DNA from: Chlorokybus atmophyticus
Taxonomy: Eukaryota > Plantae > Mesostigma and Chlorokybus algae
Direction: 5' to 3'
Assembly (NCBI GenBank): GCA_009103225.1
Contig: RHPI01002368.1
Span: 463,397-527,396, forward strand
Length of the DNA stretch: 64,000 bases
The position numbers were made by a program, and so were the translations under genes. Below, piece by piece: positions 54,524 through 64,000 of the stretch. Position 1 is the stretch's first letter. The number at the start of each line of letters is the position of its first letter. The notes below the pieces were generated by a model, which was not told where the DNA came from, did not search any database, and worked only from the letters and a program-made list of their open reading frames with translations.

Positions 54524-54899
54524 TACATGGTCCGACTGTCAATGACAGCCAGACCATGTAAGGTCCACCGATTTCGCTTAGCATGGAAAAAATCTCGTAT
54601 GAGGGTACGGACCATTGATGGTCCGTAGACGTCAATCAATGTGGGAACATCAAACTTCTCCGTTTTCCGTATCCTACCTGGGAATTGCGAAATTAAGGTC
54701 TTTTAATAGCACTTGCGGATTGCCCACAGGCATTACTTGGCATTTGCGCCTGTCAAATCTGTGGCAAATCGCACTGTCACGGTACAAACCCTGTGGTTTG
54801 CCAACTTGGCTCTTTTCTTAAAGCTGTCACTTATTGTGGCAATTCGTAGGTTTAGGCTCACAGAGCCTCATGCATTGACCAGCCCTGTGCAAGCCCTCA

Positions 54900-55700
54900 T
54901 TAATGCCATGTATAGTACTGTGTCCAAGACTCATGAGGAGACATAGATCAACCGCATGAACGCAGTTGCCAAGTACTACACAACTTGAAAACCGGAATCT
55001 CTACTTGGATTTTTTTACTTACATAAGTAGAGAACAGAGAATGACTTTAACCAGCCTTATAAGCGTGACATTCCACCCCACTTGCATTGCAACAACCGCG
55101 TTGCAAAAAATGAGACACGTGTCTCGAACAGGCCGGATGCAAGGGTGATCAAAGCCCGATCGAAGGCTGCACTCATCATGTAAAGGTAGTGCAAGTCGTT
55201 GGAGTGACAAAACCAACTCTGATATTAAGTATTGGTGTGCACGGTGTTGGTATGTCACATTAAGAGGTTGCAGGAGTGCGTCCACGCTCTTGCAATTAAG
55301 CACATGCTCTGAGCACAAGCTCATGTGGCGCCTGTGGATTTTAGCTCGCATTTTCAAACTCGTCCAAGTTGGCAGCGCAGTTTGCTAAGTAAAAACTGAG
55401 GTCCCATGTGTTATTCTTTACCGCACCCGAGCCACTTCACCAAGTTTTGGATTTGAAAGCTTTTCTTTTATGGTTTAAACCGTTTGCAAACGAAGGCCTC
55501 AAACCTCATACTCAAAATCGCCTCAGCCTCGACTAGAGGAGGAGGAGGGAGTTGCACTGGGCCGTTACACTTATATGGTTTCAACAGCGCCTCATGGAAC
55601 ACATTGTGTACCCGCATGCTCTTTGGCAACTCTGGCTAAAAATCGGGCTCACCAATTTTGTCAGTGATGCAGAATGACTATACCTACCTAGGTCGTGCCT
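54900..55700 (-). mobile_element. 3' remnant of a chromovirus related to the 34438-41162 element (integrase tail, chromodomain, PPT, partial LTR)
   Basis: The minus strand gives ELPKSMRVHNVFHEALLKPYK, a decayed chromodomain (FEYEV...LVKWLGCGKENNTWD) and GTTGCAATGCAAGTGGGGTGGAATGTCACG, which matches the PPT/LTR start at 40557-40585. The LTR starts at 55069. Confidence 0.8.
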
Positions 55701-56002
55701 GCCATGGTCGAGGGTCACACCGTCTCGGGCATGCTGCAGACGAGAGCTCATGCCGTGGGCATACTGGTGCTGCGCGCAGCATGAGAGCAACACAAACAAA
55801 GACAACCCCCCAGATATATGCATGAGCTCGGGGATGAGCCTATGTGAGGATCTGATCACTAGTAGAGCTGGCGACGCTCTCCTCCTTACTGTACCTACTG
55901 TGCTATAGTACACACAATCAACAAGCCACCCCCCACTGAAGTTCTGGGGTAGCCTTCTGCGCCAAAGCTCAGCTTTTACCGACTGTGTAGGGGACCGTTG
56001 AT

Positions 56003-56151
56003 GCGGCAGTGATTGCACCAATACTCCAACAGCGGCACCTTGTTCAATGGAGGGTCAAGGCAGTAACAGTGCATGCCTTGATTGCAGCCTTCGCATAACA
56101 GCATCACCGGGTCGTTGTCGGCACTGTTACTCACACACCACACTTCTCGCA
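56003..56151 (-). pseudogene. PHD finger at the C-terminus of the retrotransposon pol
   Basis: CEKC (frameshift) ..DPVMLLCEGCNQGMHCYCLDPPLNKVPLLEYWCNHC gives the C4HC3 pattern. Confidence 0.85.
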
Positions 56152-57070
56152 GCGGGTGCTTTGCAGCGGTCGCGGGTGCTGGATCTTGCCGAAGCCAGCA
56201 ACATGGGGAGATGACAGGGTGCGCAGTTCACCATGTTGTCTTTCATGTGCTGGCCTTGTTGTCCCAGAAGGTTCAGTATACCTGTGGGATACACCTTCAA
56301 TACCTTATAGACAGCGCGCCCGACGGAGGTGTCGAGGGTGTCGTGTGTGGCCGCCATGCGGTAGACAATGTCTCCTCACCGGAAGCGGCGTTCTCGCTCC
56401 TTGTAGAACCGCTGTGCACGCGCTCGTAGCAGCGCGCTGCGCACTGTCAGATTATACAGCATCTCGTCATGGTTGTCGAGATTGACCACCACTCTGTCGG
56501 CCTCCTGCTGTGCGCGGAAAGGGAGCAATGGCTGCCTCCCGAACAGCAAATAGTACGGGCTATACTCCCGCGGTGCTGCCAACTTGGACAGCCGGTACCC
56601 CAGTGATACCCATGGGAGGTGGTCATCTCATGTGTTCTTTTCGTAGTCAAGGACATATTGCGCAAAGCCTTCGTGATGGTCTGCACAGTATGCTCAGCGA
56701 GACCATTGGCTTGTGAATGGTTGCGTGCGGCGATGGTCGATGAAGCATCTGTCCATGAGCTTGTTGCAGGCTCCTCTAAACTTCATACCCTGGTCGGTGA
56801 TGACTTCAACACAGCTGCCAAAGTGTCCGAGTACATGGGAGACGAAAGCTTGGGCTACTCCCTCGCTGCTCTTATCGGGCAGGGCACCAGCTCCACCCAC
56901 TTGAAGAAGTGCTCGATCATGACAAGGATGTAGCGGTTGCCTCGTGCTGAGGGCGATAAGTCTCCGAGGATGTTCAGTTCCCAACGGTAGAACAGTCCCG
57001 AGATGGGGAGGGGATGCAAGGTGGCGTTGCACGTGTTGAGGCTCGCGCGGACCATATCACACTGCTGACA

Positions 57071-58570
57071 GCGTCGCAAAATAAAACACTTAACCGCCGA
57101 CCAAATATATGGGACGAAAGTGGGTCTGAAGATATTCATTTTGACTGTCGTTCTTTGGTTTACCGGCGATCTCGATACAAGCGACTTAATACAACGTTCG
57201 TCCCCGGCTGTCTACACAAAGGACTGACCTACGGACAGGTACCTGTTAGGTACTTATCAGTTGAGCAAAATAGACTTAGTCTAACAAACCGGTACCTCCA
57301 AGATACCTATCAGTCAAGCAAAGGTGACTTAGCGTAATTAACAGGTATCTGACCGGTACATATTTATTGAGTACCGGCAACTTTGTAGTAATTGTCCCTA
57401 ACTGCCGGATACCTAATAATGACTGACGGCACCTTAAGCACCATTCGTTATAATTATGAACATTAAAAACCGCGCTTGTGTAGCATCTACAGTGCAAGAC
57501 GGCAATCATATATCATATATCATAACTTGATTACATCACACAGTGATATACATGTGACCTACACAGTACCAGCCCCACTATTACCATACTACGGTATACT
57601 ACACTACTACGGTAGTAGTACTACCTACTACACTACACTCTGCCGCCGCCGCTAAGTCTTGTGCTGCCTCCGCCCTCCTGGCCTGACCGTCATGAGGAAA
57701 GAGGGGCGGTCAGCTAGGGCGGCGCAACACAACATATACACACCACCACTACAACAATAACAACTACAGCGCACCTGCTGTTGGCCACCACCGCCGCCGC
57801 TGCCGCCTGGCCTGATGGCCGCCCTACATCACGAAGGGTCGAAAAGTGGTCAGACTGCGCTGCTGTGCACTACTTGACAAGATATACACAAGCACATACC
57901 TGCCACCGCCACCGCCACCGCAGCACAATGCTCAATTGTGCAAGTTGACTTGCATAGTTGAGTGTTGTGTTGCGGCTTTTATATTAACAAGGGGGTCGAT
58001 GAGTTTGAAAAGTCAACGGCTTCCCTTCGGACTTGACAATGGCACAATCGTACCATTATTATGGTACGTAAGTACAATGGTACCATTGCAATGGTACCGC
58101 TGTACTATAACAATGGTACGAACATACAATCATATACTAATAGCTGTCCCAACTCACCGCCACCGCTCGTCCCTAAGTTGGGATTAATAAGTCACTCGCT
58201 TGCAATTTATAATACATCGCTGTCGTAAGTGCTACACGACCGGCTGTCGGCCGTATTAACCACGTGGCATTACTTGTCGCCATTAGGGGACTGAGAGGTG
58301 ACTTTATTGCCAAAATAAGTAGGTCGCCGCCGCAAGTGTGGACGATCGGCGATCGGCCGTCAACATAAATTACAAATAGGTCATAACAGGCAGGCAGCAG
58401 TCCACAATAATGTACGATAAGCCATTGCCCGTCGATTATGTTTCACAGTATACACCGGCAGTCTACTCAGTCCCTTTATGGCCTAAGTCGTCAGGGTCAG
58501 GTAGGGTCAAGTAGGGTAAGGCAGTCGTCAGTCCTTCAGTCCCTGGTTGGTCACCATGCAAAATTAGCAA
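57071..58570. mobile_element. Unclassified ~1.5-kb insertion splitting the integrase HHCC zinc-binding motif
   Basis: The integrase reading stops after KFVSN (about 58573) and resumes at CQQCDMVR (57070). The intervening DNA is non-coding and rich in GTAC/GGTACC motifs. Confidence 0.6.
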
Positions 58571-60719
58571 CAAATTGCTGACAAACTTGCGCACCTGTTT
58601 GTGCACCTCATACCACCAGTATTGAGTCCTGACCAGAGTAGCCGTGCGCTTGACACCGAAGTGTCCGAGCTTGGTGTGGAGGGCAGCGAGGATGCCTTCT
58701 CGCGCAGCTGGTGCTGGGACCTCCTTTTCCTCATTGTATATCCGTCGATACAGCTTGTCGTTGGCCCAGCGATAGTGCTGAGTGTGTTTACTGCTGCGGT
58801 CCTTCTCGCGCGCGCTCATGCCTGCTGGAAATTGTTCTGTTTGGAGCAGAACGAGGGGTGGCTTGTCAAGCCCAAATGTCTTGTCGTGTGTTGGTGGGTG
58901 CCAACTCCTCATCGTCCACCTCAGGGTCAGCGGTGAGCGCTTCCTCTGGTAAGGGGTCGGTGACTGTGACAATGGGCTCGAGAGAAGGCACGTCCTCATT
59001 TGCTACTGCCTTAGTGGCCTAGGTCTTGCGTTCTAAACGTAGCGCAGTGACAGCGAACATGGCCGCTACACTTGGAGGTGCGGCTGCAGGACCCAACTCG
59101 GCCGGGCTCCTGTTGCATTGTTGGTGCTGAGGTGGAGGGGTTGGGGGTTGCAAACGGCCGTCTGCGTCCTGGTTGGACAGGCCTACCCGATGCCACCTCA
59201 AAAATTATACTCCTGCAGCAATAGTGCCCACCATGCCAGCTTGCCCGTCAGGTGCTGGTTGGTCATTAGCCACTTCAATGGTTGGTAGTCGGTGATCAGT
59301 TGGATCTGCCGATCAAACAGAAAGGGGCGGAAGAAGGAGATGGCCCATACTGCGGCGAGACACTCCCCCTCATAGCTGCTGTAGTTGGCCTCAGCGCTGT
59401 TATTGCTGCAGCTGGCAAACGACACTACGCGCTCCTTCTTGTTGTCATTGTGCTGCACGAGCACTGCTCCCATGCCGAGCTTGCTCCAATCTGTGAGCAG
59501 ATGAATAACTGTTGTAGTCAGGTCGCTGAAAAATGGGAGCTGTGGTGAGTTGAAGCTTCAACTCTTCGAAGGCCCCTTACTGTGCCTCCTTCCACAGGAA
59601 TTTCGTGTCCTTCCTCAGCAGCTCATTGAGTGGTCGTGCGATCTTCGCGAAATCCTTGACGAACCGTCTGTGGTAGTTGGCAAGGCCGAGGAAAGCACGC
59701 CGCGTGAGATCTGTGGGGGCAGGAATGGCCACTAGTGCCTCCACCTTGGCCTGCTGAAAATACACACTGTGGGGCACAATCATGTGCCCTAAGTACGGTA
59801 CCTTGTGGGTATAGAAGGTGCACTTGTCGGGGTGCACCGTCATCCCTACTTCCTTTTATCTCTGTAGAACCTCATTGATGTGCCTGAGATGCTCCTCATT
59901 GCTGCGACTAAAGATGAGGATGTCGTCGACGTAGCAGCGTGCGAAGTCCAATCTCTTGAGGGCTTTGTCCATGACGCGCTCGAACTTGGCAGGAGCATTC
60001 TTCAGTCCGAAGGGCATGACCTTCCACTGGTACAGGTGCCGGTTGCTCCAGAAGGAGGTATTGTGCTTGTCCTCCTCTTTGATGGCGATCTGGTTGTACC
60101 CTTGGCACATGTCCATGATATTAAAGAAATACAGTCTCCTGCATCATCAAGGATACATTCTGCAATAGGCATTAGGTACCTACTTTGCTTGGTCTTATTG
60201 TTAAGGGGGCGGTAATCACTGCACATACGCTGGTCTATTTGCTTGCCTGCTGAATCCTTCTTCAGGGGCATGACGGTCGCGGCTGCAAAGTCGGATGTGA
60301 ACTCCTCAATCAGGATTGCATTATAAAGCGCCTTGCACCTCTGCTCCACCAAGTCTTCTTCCAACTTAAGAGTTTGTACTGTCATCGGAACACCGGTTCG
60401 GTGTCCACCAACACGATGTCCATCCCGTAAACTGAGCAGCTGCCCAGCTCCTTCGCGCTAAAGCTAAACCGGCTCCTCCACTTATTAAGGAGAGCCTGAA
60501 GTTGCTCTCGTGTCTGGCCTGTAGCCAGCGGTTCAATGACATGGAATCAGGAGGTAGCATTGGCAATGACTGGAGTATCCTCCACAGTGACTTCTGCCTG
60601 CTCCTCCATGTGGGCGATCTCGAGGGCGGTGTGTTCTGCTTTGGACTTGCGAATGCGATTAGCCCACCCCACTGCCAGGTGTTTGAGCGCTTGCAAGGAC
60701 ATATGGCGGTCCGAGAGAG

Positions 60720-61680
60720 CACATCTCCAACAACCACACCATGCTGTTCGGGTCCATTGCGCGCCTCAACAATTGACACTACTGACTGTCGGTCAGAATG
60801 GAGCATGTGATACTGCCTGAAGAGAATCTCATGGCGCATTCGCGCTCACGAGCGTTGGGCTCCTCCAGACGACCTGTGCTGGATTCCAACACCATGCTTT
60901 CGCTTTTGTTGCGGAAGGCGTACGATCCTGGGTAAGATACTGGAGTGGGGAGCGCACGGCGCCGTTGACCAGGCTGGTTGCACTGGTAGAAGTGCTGGTG
61001 ATTGTGTCGCGCGATCGATTGTGCTGTGCGCCCAGGGTCCAGGTTAGTGTCGACGGTGAGATCGCGGGGTTGACTGCTGTGCAGAAATATAGCAGCGAAA
61101 AGATCTCCGGCTGTGGCAAGGTTGGTCCACTTCGCGCGGACGCAATGAACACGGGTCCCATGACGCGCTGCGTTGATCTTGAGTGGATGCCCCAGCAAGG
61201 AACACACTTGTCAAAAGCTGTTGGCCATTCGATGACCATTATCGTCCTCGGAGTGCACGTGTTCGATAATGTACCAGGAGGCCTGGACAGCTGGTTGCTC
61301 TGCAGGAGTTTGATGACGCGCATCAGCTCCCTGAATACTTGCGAGCAAGTAACTGAGAGTCCTTGGCCTCTACTTGTCCTGGAGTGTCCTTGACACTCCC
61401 ATCCTGCTATGAGCAAGTTGAAATTGCCCACCGCCAGGAGGTGATCAGTGGTGATTAAATATATGTCCTGTGGTAGTGCCTTTATACTGCTTTGCAGTGC
61501 TGATAGTGGCAACTGCTGCGGGTAGCATTTGTGTAGGTGGCGCAAGTGGTGGCTCAGGGCAATCTGTACGTGTGGATAAGGGTCACAGTGGAGGTACGTG
61601 GTGACCATCAGCCGGTGTTGAGGACAGCGGCGAGGCGACTACCTATACCTCCAAACAGTCCCAACACGGTGATGCCTTGT
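60720..61680 (-). pseudogene. C5 cytosine DNA methyltransferase domain within pol, between protease and RT
   Basis: Motif I GITVLGLFGGIG, motif IV LLIAGWECQGHS (PCQ to ECQ), motif VI YIIEHV (ENV), motif VIII-like HCVRAKWTNL, SYPGSYAFR..EP.ARERE.AM.F and motif X-like LLRRAMD occur in the correct order across frameshifts. Confidence 0.85.
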
Positions 61681-64000
61681 TGTCGGCGAAACACATGGAA
61701 CTCCACTACTCCAGTGGCCACCTGGCGTTGCTCCCGAACTACAGCTTGGTTCTTGTTGAGAGGGAACCGTGCAGTGAGCCGTGGTCTGGTCAATAGATGT
61801 GCGACCACTTGTGCACGCCATCGGCGTTCAGATGGTTTCTGTTGGGCCACTTCTTCAGTAGCATCCTCCTTGGACTCATTGTATGGGATAGAAGAGTCCT
61901 GGTTAAGGTTGTGGGTGACTTCCGCTGCTGATCTGTCAGTGGTTGTCGAACCCGACCTGTAGGTGGCTGCTGCAGCTGACCTTTAATGAGAGCGAGTGCA
62001 AGCCACCGGCTCGAGAGGTAGGTATCCTTGAACCTCTCCATCCGCCTCATCCCAATGGGGACGCAACCATGCCTTCTCTGTCTAGTAGTCCAGCCCCATG
62101 CCAACAGAAAAGTTGAAGTCCTGTCTCAGGGTCGAAAAATCCCGCGTCGGTGACCACACACTACTATATAAACTCGGTGCTGTGGGAAGGGTCCAACCCT
62201 GTCAAACATATGCAAAGGGCCTGCTAAGTGATGCCAATCACCTTGTCACGGCTGCCGGTTGCTGTGTCGAGCACGTATGGGCAGGGCATCAGCTCAGCAC
62301 TGACGATGTCGAGGTCGCGTGCGAGGTAACGTCCAATGATGACAGGCTGGGCTCTAGAGTCCAGCATCACGCGCTTGGGTGCTCAACCATTGATGGTAAC
62401 ATGCTTGCCTTTGTTGGCGATCATGGCTGCATTGGCGTTGATGCGCAGAAGCTTGAACCATCGGTAGCGTGTGCGTGGGGTGACCGCTGCTGCAGTCTCC
62501 TCCGTTAGTGTCAAGCGCAGTGCGGCAAGCGCCCTTCGACCGACTGGGTCTTGAGAATCTCCTTGTTCGTAGCCCGAACCGTCCGTCTTGGCTGTTGGTA
62601 TACTCGATGCGGCCTGGATGCTGGCGGTGCTGCCTGTGGCTGCCCTGGTTGTGGCGCAGGGGGATTGCGCCTCTGTGTGGCCGGGGTCATACCTAACGGC
62701 GTAGCCAATGGCTGTGGGGGAAACCCAAAAAGACCGGTTGTTTGTGGGCCCGCCTCCCGTGCAGTCTGTTCTTCCACATAAGTCCAGCATACAGCATGAG
62801 CCGCCTCTCTGACCAATGTACCTTCCCATGTGCTGTTGATTCGTTGACCACGTCACTCCAGTGATGGTTTCGAGGCATGGGCTGGAGATACACTGCGCAG
62901 GAGCCGCGCTTTTATGTCGTGGGTGATGGTGGGAACCCTTAGGATCCCAGCTATGTAGGCATCCCATCTGCCATTGACCACCCCTACTACTAGCACCGCT
63001 GTTGCTGGTGCACGCACAGTGAGGTAGGTCTTTGGCTGTTGGACATGCTGCTCATAAGCAGCCGATGCGTCTGCGTTGTCGCGCTGCTTCTACTCCTGGC
63101 AACCTTAGTATGGCCTCTTAACCTCTTTTGAAAGTGTCAGCGGCTGCCGAGGCAACCTCGTCATAGGCTTGCCAAAGCGAGCGAAAGAAGGCGTCCAACC
63201 ATAACAATCTGGTGCCAAATGCGAATTGAGGGACTGCGGGTGATTAGTATCTAGCCAAGTCACTGCTGTTGCTCGCGCTGCATTGCCACCTCTCGCATCC
63301 CCATCATCCGTCTTAGGCCGATGCCTTCTTGTCGATGTACCATGGTTGCTTGGCGCAACCGGGCAATGCAAATTTGCTATTCTCCAATTGAGCCTGCTCC
63401 ATCCCGTTCTGTACACCTCGTGGTGTAAGGTAGCCTCTCCCTGGGTCTCGTTGATTGTTAGGAAATCTTCCACCAAGGGTAGCAGCGGGGCGATCACCCC
63501 CCAGGTTTGTTGGGCCAGCGCCCTCACCTGGTCAATGTCGGGCGCAACGGCGAGAGGTGTCGTGGACGATTGGCCAGCGATTGTTGGTTGAGGAACGGAA
63601 GCGCGAGCAGTAGCAAGGGCTTGCGTTCTTGCGTATACGGCCGCAGCTTGGTCCTGCTGCCAGTTGAACGCTTGCTCCAGAGCGGTGTAGCGCTCGTGAA
63701 GCCCAACAGTACCGAGGGGTCTCAATGCTTCGTCGTTACCCAAAAGCATGTCGGCTGCATCACTAATGTGCTGCTGCACGTTGGGTTCCCGGTCTTGATA
63801 CGTGTCCAGCGGACTTAGCTCGAGACGGACTTGTGCGGGCTGGCGTGGCGCGGTGTGCATGTTGTTATGCAGAGTCCATAACAGCTGTAGGGCTAACTCA
63901 CGCACAACATGTGTCCTGACCACAAAGACGCGTTCTCGCATGGGAGGCGCCGTGCCGGTGAGGATTTCATCCTCCAGTTGCCGCTGAGTCTGCTCTGGCA

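Larger units (their letters stand above)
55968..64000 (-). mobile_element. Decayed Ty3/gypsy retrotransposon carrying a C5 DNA methyltransferase and a C-terminal PHD finger; continues off the right edge
   Basis: Order on the minus strand: gag-like ORF, protease remnant (about 62100-62420), C5-MTase, RT (WKVMPFGLKNAPAKF..YVDDILIFS), RNase H (NYSSYEGECLAAVWAI..ITDYQPLKWL), integrase (LHTKLGHFGVKRT..YWW; C..C; YILVMIEHFFKWVE), PHD. Multiple frameshifts and stops. Confidence 0.9.

Overview
Intron-rich eukaryotic nuclear DNA, most likely a streptophyte (charophyte-type) green alga. This is inferred from the land-plant-like THIC C-terminus, a TPP riboswitch in the THIC 3' UTR and telo-boxes. The left half (1-30 kb) is gene-rich: a DUF4787-like secreted protein, VPS32/SNF7, RPA32, RPL35, and THIC with its riboswitch. 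It also holds a head-to-head pair of plastid-targeted genes with bacterial-type domains, a 2xSnoaL/NTF2 + 2xABM (ActVA-Orf6-like) fusion and a tandem-EthD protein, which together resemble an aromatic polyketide/quinone tailoring module. The right half (31-64 kb) is repeat-rich. It contains a full-length decayed chromoviral Ty3/gypsy element (LTRs, ACACC TSD) with a Dam-like adenine methyltransferase remnant, a nearly intronless ARM-repeat gene, and an inverted copy of the RPA32 promoter/5' end. It also contains a cluster of TA-flanked Tc1/mariner-type MITEs and a second decayed Ty3/gypsy family carrying a C5 cytosine methyltransferase and a PHD finger. All family assignments are by-eye motif recognition; no searches were run.
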